64,000 bases of DNA from assembly GCA_964016885.1 (NCBI GenBank), contig CAXHJY010001687.1:62001-126000 (forward strand), written 5' to 3'. Of this stretch, positions 40,133 to 53,601 are shown piece after piece (positions within the stretch are counted from its first letter, which is position 1; every line of letters starts with the position of its first letter). Both the position numbers and the translations under genes were made by a program. This DNA comes from Eledone cirrhosa. Taxonomy: Eukaryota. The notes under the pieces were generated by a model, which did not search any database, was not told the DNA's origin, and worked only from the letters and a program-made list of their open reading frames with translations.

Positions 40133-40497
40133 AAGAGAGTATTGAAATTTGCTTGAAGCATTGTGGAACAATAAGTAAATATCTTTAAGTCGTTTGGAAG
40201 CCTCGACAATGCAAATGGGTAAATCTCCGGGTAACGAGGTCCGGTGGTGGAGAGAGAGATGTAAGTGGGTGTACGTTGAGATGCGTGGTGTGTATAAGAT
40301 GTGTGAGATGTGTAGAATGAAGGGAAGAGTAAAAGGATAAAAATAAGAATAACAACACAAGAGAGAGTTACCTTGGAAGAGATTTAATAGTCCCTATATA
40401 TTTCAGATTCACATCCATCAACTGGGGTTTTTTCCGGGGTGGGGGAAAAGGTTGTCTGTCGGACAATCCGGAACGCGTCTTTCGCTGTTTGTTGATT
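40133..40497 (-). mobile_element. pLTR fragment related to the 3' end of the 36168 element
   Basis: Minus strand ccc CAGTTGA t ggat-gtga-atct GAAA tata TA ggg ... TTAAATCTC ... GGTAAC parallels 37478-37537. Confidence 0.6.
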
Positions 40498-40515
40498 TAT
40501 ATATATATTTATATT

Positions 40516-40548
<33 letters not shown>

Positions 40549-40549
40549 T

Positions 40550-40580
<31 letters not shown>

Positions 40581-40595
40581 TTATATATATATATT

Positions 40596-40654
<59 letters not shown>

Positions 40655-40741
40655 ATTTATATATATATATTTATATTTATATATATATATTTATTTATTT
40701 ATATATATATATTTATATTTATATATATATATTTATATATT

Positions 40742-40772
<31 letters not shown>

Positions 40773-40785
40773 ATATATTTATATA

Positions 40786-40850
<65 letters not shown>

Positions 40851-41069
40851 ATATATATACATATATATATTTATATATATATATTTATATATATATATAT
40901 ATATATTTATTTATATATATTTATTTATATATATATATTTATATATATGTTTATATATATATATTTATATATATTTATATATATATATATTTATATATAT
41001 ATTTATATATATATTTATATATATATATTTATAAATATTTATATATATATATATTTATATATATATATT

Positions 41070-41118
<49 letters not shown>

Positions 41119-41197
41119 ATATTTATATATATATTTATATATATATATATATATTTACATATATATATATATTTATATATATTTATATATATATATT

Positions 41198-41292
<95 letters not shown>

Positions 41293-41313
41293 TTATATAT
41301 ATATATGTATATA

Positions 41314-41401
<88 letters not shown>

Positions 41402-41435
41402 TTTATATAGATTTATATATATATGTATATATATT

Positions 41436-41464
<29 letters not shown>

Positions 41465-41467
<3 letters not shown>

Positions 41468-42291
41468 AGAATAAAAGAACACCTCAATACTAACGCTTCC
41501 TTATTTAAGAAACACCTAGTTAAATGCAAAAACACCGATAAAAACATAACAGTTAGGATAGAAACTAAGGAAAGAAACCTCGGCAATCTTAGAATTAAGG
41601 AAGCACTTATTATAGATAAAACACATCCTCCAATCAATAATAGACTAGAGCTCAACACCCAATTTATAACCTGATAGGGCCTCTAGCCCCATATTTACAC
41701 ACCCCACACACACGCACGCGCACACACACACACGCACGCGCACACACACACGCTTACACCTCCACTTAATATCTCTCACACATACACACACAAAACCAGT
41801 TCTAACACCAGATAACACCTACCCCCCACTTTTACGATTAGACCTTTCTTCCCACACTCACACACACACACCCACATACCTACACCTTCATGCATTCTCC
41901 CACACACATATACAGGCATGTATATAAAATTTAAAAAAAAAAAAAACCTAAACAAACCCCTCTTAAAGGGAGACTACTCTTTATCCACCTAATTTTAATT
42001 CTTTGATATTAGAGTTAGAACAGATACTCTATACTATTTCCGGTCAGCATAGCTTGGCTAGAGATTTAAGACGCTGGTTTGAGACCTTTACTTCCCTCCG
42101 AAGAAGAGATATTATCTCGAAAATTAAGGACATTTAAATAAATTCAAGGTGAAAGACAAATTCTCAACAATATCTTTTACTATTGCATTCTTTTTTTCTA
42201 TGTCCATACCTGCATTGTTTTGGCCTTATTACACATATTCAAACGTTTATACCTCATTACACAATGCTTCAAGTGAACTATAACCTCCTCC

Positions 42292-42292
<1 letters not shown>
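41465..42292 (+). mobile_element. PLE 3' fragment (GIY-YIG end, 3' UTR) with hammerhead variant at 42095-42129
   Basis: IRIKEHL..LRIKEALII..PPINNR; cct CCGAAGA a gagat-att-atctc GAAA at TA agg. Confidence 0.85.
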
Positions 42293-42324
<32 letters not shown>

Positions 42325-42343
42325 ATATATATTTATATATATT

Positions 42344-42374
<31 letters not shown>

Positions 42375-42375
42375 T

Positions 42376-42548
<173 letters not shown>

Positions 42549-42742
42549 ACATATATATATTTATATATATATATATATATATATTTATTTATATATATTT
42601 ATTTATATATATATATTTATATATATATTTATATATATATATTTATATATATTTATATATATATATATTTATATATATATTTATATATATATTTATATAT
42701 ATATATTTATATATATATATATATATTATATATATATATATT

Positions 42743-42776
<34 letters not shown>

Positions 42777-43004
42777 TATATATATATATTTATATATATA
42801 TTTATATATATATATATATATATATTTACATATATATATATAGAGAATTAGCCGTCGAAACGGCTTGAACTCAGCTGTCGGAGTCTTACTGGTTCCCATT
42901 ACCCACTCTATTACCTCAAGTATTGAGTACTTTGGTGCGTTATGGTCCACCTGGTTCCTTACCACATTTCCTCCGTTATTTATATATATTTATATATATA
43001 TATT

Positions 43005-43036
<32 letters not shown>

Positions 43037-43110
43037 TATATATATATATATATATATATTTCTATATATATATATATATATTTATATATATTTATATATA
43101 TATGTATATA

Positions 43111-43210
<100 letters not shown>

Positions 43211-43276
43211 GATTTATATATATATGTATATATATTTATATATTTATATATATATATAAATTTTTATATATATATT

Positions 43277-43345
<69 letters not shown>

Positions 43346-43353
43346 ATATTTTT

Positions 43354-43385
<32 letters not shown>

Positions 43386-43400
43386 ATATATATATTTATT

Positions 43401-43433
<33 letters not shown>

Positions 43434-43436
43434 ATT

Positions 43437-43569
<133 letters not shown>

Positions 43570-43572
43570 ATT

Positions 43573-43603
<31 letters not shown>

Positions 43604-43625
43604 ATTCATATATATATATATATAT

Positions 43626-43762
<137 letters not shown>

Positions 43763-43819
43763 ATATATATATTTACTTATATATATATATATTTATATAT
43801 ATATATATATATTTATATA

Positions 43820-43873
<54 letters not shown>

Positions 43874-43993
43874 GTAGGAGGTGAGTATTACAATAAAGCA
43901 ATGCAGATATCGGATAAGAAGCACTCTACAGTTTGTAGGACTGGAGTATACATAATATATAAGATCAAAAGATGGTTAAAGGAGTTCCATGTA

Positions 43994-44060
43994 TTTTATT
44001 ATGCGCATTTCAAAAACAAACATCATCATGCAATAATATTTGTGTTTTCATCAGATAAAA
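43994..44060 (-). ncRNA. Hammerhead ribozyme in the Naiad 3' pLTR
   Basis: ttttat CTGATGA aaaca...tgttttt GAAA tgcgca TA ataaaa. Confidence 0.78.
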
Positions 44061-45241
44061 CAGGAGAACATGATATGAAGGCTAAAAAACACTTGTGGAT
44101 AGTGCAGTTTTAAATCAACATATGAAAAGTGGTTTTAGATTGATGTGTGATATTGGGAAAAATATTTTATTTAGAGAGGGGGGGGAGGATGAAAAAGGGG
44201 AGGAGATGAGAGTGAAGGTGGAGAGGGAGAGATGGGTGATAGAGAGAAAGAGATAGTTTTTATAACTGAGAGAAGATATATTGTTTTACATAGAGAGGTT
44301 GAAAACCGTTGGAAGATAATGTATAAATTAAAAGAATTTGAAAATTAACGAAGGGAAAAATATGTACGAGGAAAAAATATTTTATTTAGGGAGGGGGTGG
44401 GGTGGAAAGGATGAAAAAAAGGGGAGGAGATGAGAGTGAAGGTGGAGAGGGAGAGATGGGTGAAAGAGAGAAAGAGATATTTTTTATAACTGAGAAAAGA
44501 TATATTGTTTTACATAGACAGGTTGAGAACCGTTGGAAGATAATGTATAAATTAAAAGAATTTGAAAATTAACGAAGGGAAAAATATGTACGAGGAAAGA
44601 GAGGGAGTTGATATGTATGAAGATAGAGAAAAAAAATAATAATTGCGGATGAATATTCTAACGTCAAAAGGTGTATGTTTATAAGTATTGTGGCAATTTC
44701 AAAATTAACGAAGAGAAAAAATTATTAAGGTTTGTGTGTAGAAGGATTTGAGAAAAATAATGTGAAGTTAAAGTTTGTATATTGAAGGAATTGATAATAT
44801 GTGCGAAGAAAGAGTTAATATGTATTAAAAAATTATTAAGGTTTGTGTATTAGATGATTTGAGAAAAATAATGGGAAGTTAAGGTTTGTATATTGAAGGA
44901 ATTGATAATATGTGCGAAGAAAGAGTTAATATGTATTAAGAATGAGTTCGTTGATGGGGAGAAAAAAATAATAAATTAAGGATGAAATTGAGATTAAAAA
45001 GTTTTATGATAGAGAGAAAAAAATAATAATAATTGCGGATGAATATTCTAACGTCAAAAAAACAAATGTATATGTTATGAAGGATTTTTACAAGGTGAAG
45101 ATAGAATGAGGGTAATGAGTAAACAAGTATTATAGAGTGTATAATGCCCTTTGAAGTAAGGTTGGAAGATGGGTATATTTTAAAGAGGTGTATGTATATG
45201 TGCCTTTGAGAAAAGATTCTAAATTGATAAAGAATTGAATA

Positions 45242-47704
45242 TTAGCTGTATACTTTGTGAAAAGTCCTATGGAATTTATGCAGGCAGATAGAAAACAAAT
45301 CTGTACGTCTATTTATTATAGAATCTAGATTAGAGATAATGGTAAATTTTTCATTTAGGCAGAGATTACAGATTTTAGATAGAGAGCTGTTCAAGTATGA
45401 GGACGCAGAAGAAACCTTCTTCCAAAAGATGGTATATTTAATGTTTTTGTCTTTCAAGGACCATATGAGTTCTGAAAGAGCCGTGTTGGTTCTTTTAAGT
45501 TTGTATTTAAAAGATGAATGGTGATTATAGAGACGAGCTTTAAAAGAGGTGGAAGTGGAGCCAAAATAGGTGAAGGAATTGGTGCTAGTTATAACTTTAC
45601 ATTCATAAATTAAGTTTTTATCAAGACAATGGTTGTTGAGAGGACATTTATTTTTAATGCGGCAGTTGCAATTAGAGAGATTATTAATGAGTGACCTAGT
45701 GTTATCTATAGAAGGAATTGGATTGGAGAAGTTGTTTGCGATAGGAATAATAGGAATAATAGTTTCTTGATTTAGAGTTGGATTATGAACATTTAGCGAA
45801 GTTGTGTTTGACGTTGTATTTGGGTTTACAGAAGTTAGCCTAGGGTTTACAATGACGTCGGGAGTACTATTACTGTTATTATGAAATTCAATGTTGGAAG
45901 GAAGAGATTTAGTATTTAGTATTTTATTGTTGTGTTTAGAGATGATGTTGGAAATATTGGAGGATGTAGAATAAGAAAATTTGATGGTGTGTTTGTTAAA
46001 TATTTTACTATAGATATGTGAGGGAGGGAAGCATTTATTTAAGGCACTAAAAAATAATTTAGGAATATTGTTACTAATAGAGATGGAGAAAGGAGCATTA
46101 TACCAGATTATGTTTTTGTATCTAGGTCTTTTATTAAAGTTATTGGAATGATCATGATTAATTATTCTACTGTAAGTTTTTCTAGAATTTGTTTCTTTAC
46201 TATATTTGATTTTATCTGGATAACCGGCTTTAGAAAGTGCGTTATTATAGTAATTGGCGTTAGCATCAAAGATGTTTTTATTAGAAGATATGTTGGATAT
46301 TCTTTTTCCAATATTACTAACTATAGCATTCTTGATATTGGTAGGATGGTTAGATTTAAAGTTAACATAATTTAGGTTCTCATTGTTTTTATGGTAAGGG
46401 TAATATAGGCCAGTGTCAAGATTAAGAGATACATCCAAGAAATTAGCTAGTTTGATACTATTATCAAATTCAATTTTTAGGTTATGTTGGTTAAAGAGAT
46501 TACGTATATTGTTCTTAATAATATTAAGGTTAACTATATTGCAATTTAAGATAGTAAAGAGTCCATCGTCACGATAAATTCCACCGCGAAGTTGAGGAAT
46601 TTTCCGACTCAAAGATTTCAAAATAAAGATACCAATTAAATCAGTCAATTGGGATGAATCGGATGCTCCCATTGTGATGTCGAAGTTGTTAGAGGTATCG
46701 GCTCTGGTCCAATATTCGTTGTTGAACTCTAGGATGGTTTTACGTGCGGTGAGGATGATGTGAAGTTCATCTGTGGTGATGTCAGAATATTTAAGTGCGA
46801 AAGATAGAGCATTATTGAGAAGTGAAGGCGAAATGGAGGAATAGTAGCTGGCAATATCAAATTGAATAAATTTTAGTTTGTTTTTATTATCCAATTTGTT
46901 GAACCAGCCAATCACTTCAGAAGTACCAAACCATAAATTTAGGTTCAAAGAAGAGCAATTAGAACTAACCTGTGGGATAATTCTATTCAAGATGGCTTTA
47001 CTAACAACCCCCAGATCAGATTTAGAGGGGGCGATTAATCTAACAGGAAGTTCAGTGCGAAAATTGTTTTTGTGATCCTTGAGATTTATCCTCGGAGTTC
47101 TTGGGAGGAATGGTTCGGTCTTTTTTTCAATGCCAAGTTTTGACATAATCTCAGAGGCTTCAAGGTTTATGTATTCTAAATTTTCATGGTTGGTTTTACG
47201 ATACTTTTTCCTAAGTTCCTTTAGGATAAGGTTGTTATAATTATCCTTGGAAATACCATATAAGTTATTGGTTTTGTCAGAGTGGACTAAAACATTTTTT
47301 GAGGAATTTAGGTTAGAAATTGTGTTCTTGAGATTTACAAGGTGCTCTTGTCCTTTGTAAGGGTATCTCTTGAATTTAAGATTTTTTATTATTTTAGTTA
47401 ATTCTTCCTCGAATTGTACTAGATTTTTGTTGGAAGGAGGATTTCGTCTAGAATTAAATAGATGATCGAGGAAGTTATGTTCTTTGGTACGGAAGTTCCC
47501 TTTTAGGCGCTGGTCATAGAAATAGGCTGTCCATCTAAGTCTTCTTACGAAGGAGTCAGTTTTTTCAATAAGAAGTTTGGTGAATTCAGATTTACCAGGT
47601 ATAGGAATGTCTTTAGTTGAATTGGTTATGTTGTAATAATCCATGTTGTAGAAAAATAGGTAAAAGACCATCAAAAGGTATCCAATATGAGAGTAAGCGC
47701 TCAA
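45242..47704 (-). CDS. PLE polyprotein, RT plus C-terminal GIY-YIG (Naiad-type); probable ATG at 47644
   Basis: STKDIPIP..RRLRW, SDKT, LKDHK..RLI.PSKSD, FDIASYYSSI, FDITMG, IYRDDG, NFLDV, CNC..CPL..CL, IYEC..YFGST, CNLCLNEK, CLH; no internal stops. Confidence 0.93.
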   Translation of the reverse strand: MSAYSHIGYLLMVFYLFFYNMDYYNITNSTKDIPIPGKSEFTKLLIEKTDSFVRRLRWTAYFYDQRLKGNFRTKEHNFLDHLFNSRRNPPSNKNLVQFEEELTKIIKNLKFKRYPYKGQEHLVNLKNTISNLNSSKNVLVHSDKTNNLYGISKDNYNNLILKELRKKYRKTNHENLEYINLEASEIMSKLGIEKKTEPFLPRTPRINLKDHKNNFRTELPVRLIAPSKSDLGVVSKAILNRIIPQVSSNCSSLNLNLWFGTSEVIGWFNKLDNKNKLKFIQFDIASYYSSISPSLLNNALSFALKYSDITTDELHIILTARKTILEFNNEYWTRADTSNNFDITMGASDSSQLTDLIGIFILKSLSRKIPQLRGGIYRDDGLFTILNCNIVNLNIIKNNIRNLFNQHNLKIEFDNSIKLANFLDVSLNLDTGLYYPYHKNNENLNYVNFKSNHPTNIKNAIVSNIGKRISNISSNKNIFDANANYYNNALSKAGYPDKIKYSKETNSRKTYSRIINHDHSNNFNKRPRYKNIIWYNAPFSISISNNIPKLFFSALNKCFPPSHIYSKIFNKHTIKFSYSTSSNISNIISKHNNKILNTKSLPSNIEFHNNSNSTPDVIVNPRLTSVNPNTTSNTTSLNVHNPTLNQETIIPIIPIANNFSNPIPSIDNTRSLINNLSNCNCRIKNKCPLNNHCLDKNLIYECKVITSTNSFTYFGSTSTSFKARLYNHHSSFKYKLKRTNTALSELIWSLKDKNIKYTIFWKKVSSASSYLNSSLSKICNLCLNEKFTIISNLDSIINRRTDLFSICLHKFHRTFHKVYS

Positions 47705-47799
47705 CCGTTAAGGAGCTTACAAATACGAATAATTATAGGGGGGGAAGGGGGATTAAAATTATTAGTGGTAAATAGTAAATATAGGTTTCAAGGAACATA

Positions 47800-48740
47800 G
47801 AATATTAATCTGCATTTAAATCATAATATGTGTTTACATAGTAGTGTCAGTATTAGGAAATGGTATTTGTAAGAAAGAAGGCTAAATTATGCATTTTAAT
47901 ATAAGTAGACTATTAATTATAGGTTAATTAAAGTAAAAATAGTTAATATATTAATTTCTAAGGTGTATACTACTTAGGTTTATAATATTTAAAGCGGAAT
48001 TTTGAAGTTAAACAGTAGTAGAGTATTAATTATAGCATAACTAAATTAAAAATATTAACATGATGGTATCAATTTTAGGAAATGAATTTTGTAATAGGGA
48101 AAGCCAAATCAAGTATTTCATCGGTAGTAGAATATTAATTATAGGTTAACTAAATTAAAAATGATATATTAATTTCTATAGTATATGTTAATTAGGTTTA
48201 TAATAATTAAAGCAAATTTTGTATTTTATCTATAGTAGAATATAATTATAGGTTAACTAAAATTAAAATTAATCTATATATTTATTTGTAAAGAATATAT
48301 TAATTAGGTATATATTTAAAAGTTTTTCTCAGTTTATGATTACATGATATTCTGCAATCCATCTGTATTAGAATTTTAATTTTAAGCTAACTAAATTAAA
48401 ATTATAGGTTAACTAAATTAAAATTAATTTATAAATTAATTTCTAAATTGTACATTAATTAGGTTTATAATATTAAAAAGTATTTCTCTGTTATTGATTA
48501 CACGATATTTTGTTATATTTCATCTGTAAAGGAATTTAATAAAAGGTTAAATAAACTAAAATTAATCTATAAATTAATTTCCAAAGTATATATTAATTAT
48601 GTTAATAATATTTAAAAGTTTTTCACAGTTTATGATTACACAATATTTTTTAATTTCATCTGTAGTAGAATTTTAATTAAATTAAAATTATAGGTTAACT
48701 ACATTTAAATTAATTTATATATTAATTTCTAAAATATATA
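47800..48740 (-). repeat. Degenerate tandem array of about 130-150-nt units derived from the end of the upstream Naiad ORF
   Basis: TTAGGTTTATAATATT..TTTCTCAGTTTATGATTACA..ATAT recurs near 48750, 48600, 48460, 48300 and more weakly below. Confidence 0.7.
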
Positions 48741-48743
48741 TTA

Positions 48744-49532
48744 TTAATTAGGTTTATAATATTTAAATGTTTTTCTCAGTTTATGATTACACGATATAAT
48801 TAATTCCTGTCGCTTATTTAATAGGATATCCTTAGATTTCATTATTTCAAATAGTTCTTGGGAACACAATCTACATTCATTTCTATTATTTTGATAAGGG
48901 GTGGCTCTTTTGAGCACACTCCAGGTCATATCATATTCTATATTCTTATTTCTATAACAATTAATTTTTTCTGCTAGAGATGTTGTATTAGCCAGTGCGG
49001 CATTTTAAAAACTATGTTTGTGGGTATTAAACCTTACCTTAAAATTGTTAGAAGTAGCTCCTATATATGAGCAAATAGAATCTTTAGTTTTAACTTTACA
49101 TTTATAAACTATGTTGTTAACAAGACAATTTCCTTTTAATGGGCAGTTTGCTTTGTTTCTAAAGTTACAACCTTTCGTTAATTCTGTATTTGAGGAGATA
49201 TTATGGTTAGTTTGATGTATTGGTGGTATACTTATGTATTTTCTTGATGAATTTTTATGTATTTCATTGGTCTATTTAAAATCTGTTCCCAAACAGACCT
49301 GTAATTTTGAATTGTTGTTATTATCAATAAATATACTTCATTATTTCTGAAGACAGCATATATATGTGTTGGTATGTATACTCTCTTTGATAGTTTGTAT
49401 AATTTTGTACATAGATCTTTTGAATATGCATGCCAATTCTAACACATATATGTCCTAGAAACGATCGTTAAATAATGAACTTTTTTTGTTTAATATAAGG
49501 AACTGTTTCATTGTTTTATTCATTATTTTTTT

Positions 49533-49540
<8 letters not shown>
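48744..49540 (-). mobile_element. Second Naiad-type 3' fragment (Zn linker and GIY-YIG, disrupted) with inverted pLTR at its 5' junction
   Basis: CPLKGNCLVNNIVYKC..YIGATSNNFKVRFNTH; ECRLCSQE..LLNKRQE..CNH; inverted pLTR 49280-49540. Confidence 0.85.
49337..49479 (+). ncRNA. Hammerhead ribozyme with about 100-nt stem II and 10-bp stem I, GUU triplet
   Basis: ttcattattt CTGAAGA ..atatatgtgtt...aacacatatat.. GAAA cgatcg TT aaataatgaa; copies at 37843-37995 and 61784-61935 (minus). Confidence 0.8.
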
Positions 49541-49612
<72 letters not shown>

Positions 49613-49614
<2 letters not shown>

Positions 49615-49950
49615 AGGCACATGGCTTAGTGGTTAGAGCATTGGCCTTGCAATTGAAAGGTTGTGAGTTCAATTCTCAGACCGGGTGATGTGTTGTTTCC
49701 TTGAGCAAGACACTTTATTTCACATTGCTCCAGTTTACTCAGCTGTAGAAATGAGATGATAGGGACTGGGGTCCCTATCATTCCACTGCAAAGTTGTCGT
49801 GTAGGTGCCACGGAAAAAAAGCACCCAGCACTCACTGTAAATGAGGTTGGTGTTAGGAAGGGCATCCAGCTGTAGAAATCAAGCCAGCATCAGTTCCCGT
49901 CCCACCCTTGCAAGCAGGGAAAAAGCGGACGTAAAATGATATGATGATGA
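49613..49950 (+). mobile_element. CORE-type SINE followed by an RTE 3'-UTR fragment
   Basis: A/B boxes and CCTTGAGCAAGACACTT at 49613-49760; TTAGGAAGGGCATCCAGCTGTAGAAA and GAT tail at 49790-49950. Confidence 0.7.
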
Positions 49951-49976
49951 ATGAATGATGATATATATATATATTT

Positions 49977-50104
<128 letters not shown>

Positions 50105-50125
50105 TTATATATTTATATATATATT

Positions 50126-50156
<31 letters not shown>

Positions 50157-50173
50157 TTATATATATATATATT

Positions 50174-50204
<31 letters not shown>

Positions 50205-50209
50205 ATAGT

Positions 50210-50262
<53 letters not shown>

Positions 50263-50277
50263 ATTTATATATATATA

Positions 50278-50354
<77 letters not shown>

Positions 50355-50363
50355 TTATATATA

Positions 50364-51437
<1,074 letters not shown>

Positions 51438-51445
51438 TATATATT

Positions 51446-51477
<32 letters not shown>

Positions 51478-51491
51478 TATATATATATATT

Positions 51492-51525
<34 letters not shown>

Positions 51526-51557
51526 TATATATACATATATTTATATATATATATATT

Positions 51558-51593
<36 letters not shown>

Positions 51594-51637
51594 TATATAT
51601 ATATATATTTATATATATATATTTATATATATATATT

Positions 51638-51660
<23 letters not shown>

Positions 51661-51668
<8 letters not shown>

Positions 51669-52633
51669 TTATTTGGGGAGGGTCATATTTGTGTAATATT
51701 GCCAGAATTAATAACAGAACACACTCACTGTTTGGTTGGTTTTCGCTTCTCGCTGTCTTTTATATCTGCGATCTAACTTACTCGGTCCTCAATGTTGCCA
51801 TTGACTGACCCACGGTCAAAAATAATACAGATACAATATAGACACAAACACATATATATAGTTTACATAATTTACATAAATCTTTCGTTGCACATCTGCA
51901 ACATCGTCAGTGGTGTTATATTTTTTCCTCCTGTTGTGTTGTATGTCTACGCCATTTTTTATTCAGTCTGTCTATATATTTATTTATTTATTTGGTCTTC
52001 TAAAGACCAAAGCTAAACAGAAAGAATGAGTGGAACAACAACAACACCCAAACAACACTGACCTAAGAGAAGTATAAATAAGTAAATAAAATAAAATAAA
52101 ATAAGATAAATAAATACATACACAAGCACAATAACAACAAGCACATAAACACACACTAGTCACCCAGCAGACACAATACTATACACACTAGTCACACAGC
52201 AAACATAACACTATACACACACGCAAACGCATGCGCAAAGAAGACAAAATAAAATAAACAAACAAGCAAATAAATAAATAAATATATAGACAGACTAAAT
52301 AAAAAATGGCGTAGACATACAACACAACAGGAGGAAAAAATATAACACCACTGACGATGTTGCAGATGTGCAACGAAAGATTTATGTAAATTATGTAAAC
52401 TATATATATGTGTTTGTGTCTATATTGTATCAGTATTATTTTTGACCGTCGGTCAGTCAATGGCAACATTGAGGACCGAGTAAGTTAGATCGCAGATATA
52501 AAAGACAGCGAGAAGCGAAAACCAACCAAACAGTGAGTGTGTTCTGTTATTAATTCTGGCAATATTACACAAATATGACCCTCCCCAAGTATAACAATAT
52601 TTGTTTCGACACGATTTCATATAAAAAACCTGG
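51661..52633 (+). mobile_element. PLE pLTR with inverted 5' copy; sister of the 26220 family
   Basis: 51661-52000 inverts about 52265-52600; shares ATGACCCTCCC..AAGTATAACAATAT; hammerhead-like CTGACGA t gttgca..tgcaac GAAA at 52349-52386 and 51875-51912. Confidence 0.8.
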
Positions 52634-52652
52634 CTAAACTAATTCATCGCCG

Positions 52653-52841
<189 letters not shown>

Positions 52842-52880
52842 ATTTATATATATATATTTATATATATATTTATATATATT

Positions 52881-52915
<35 letters not shown>

Positions 52916-52918
52916 ATT

Positions 52919-52950
<32 letters not shown>

Positions 52951-52973
52951 TATATATATATATATTTATATAC

Positions 52974-53443
52974 AATATTAAATAAATGGAAACTATATTT
53001 ATAAAACCATATTTATTTCATTATATATATTTCAGGGATAACATATTAACAATATGCTATGCCTTCCTCAGACAAAATACAATATAAACAGTTTTATAGA
53101 TAAATAGATTCGACATACCGTAACAACATCTACTTGCATTTGAGAAGGTTGATTTGGTTGTCGACACAACCAAATCAACCTTCTCAAATGCAAGTAGATG
53201 TTGTTACGGTATGTCGAATCTATTTATCTATAAAACTGTTTATATTGTATTTTGTCTGAGGAAGGCATAGCATATTGTTAATATGTTATCCCTGAAATAT
53301 ATATAATGAAATAAATATGGTTTTATAAATATAGTTTCCATTTATTTAATATTGTAAATATACTCCAAATATTTGTCGAGTGCTTTTATATCAGTTATAA
53401 ATATTTACTAGTTGTAACACAACAATTTAAATATAACTTTCCA
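52974..53443. mobile_element. Fold-back pLTR (about 188-bp arms, 4-nt loop at 53162-53165), family of 31555
   Basis: Hammerheads CTGAGGA...GAAA tatata TA at 53250-53311 (plus) and 53016-53077 (minus). Confidence 0.85.
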
Positions 53444-53503
53444 TATATATTTATATATATATTTATATATATATATATTTATATATATATTTATATATAT
53501 ATT

Positions 53504-53536
<33 letters not shown>

Positions 53537-53601
53537 ATATATAGTATTAATTGTACTATTAACTGCTCCTTATTGTTGAGCTGACATATAATATTACCAA
53601 T

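Larger units (their letters stand above)
43871..47760 (-). mobile_element. Naiad-type Penelope-like element, apparently full length, 3' end in (TA)n
   Basis: Intact ORF; 1.1-kb 3' UTR with internal tandem duplications; pLTR with hammerhead. Confidence 0.9.
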
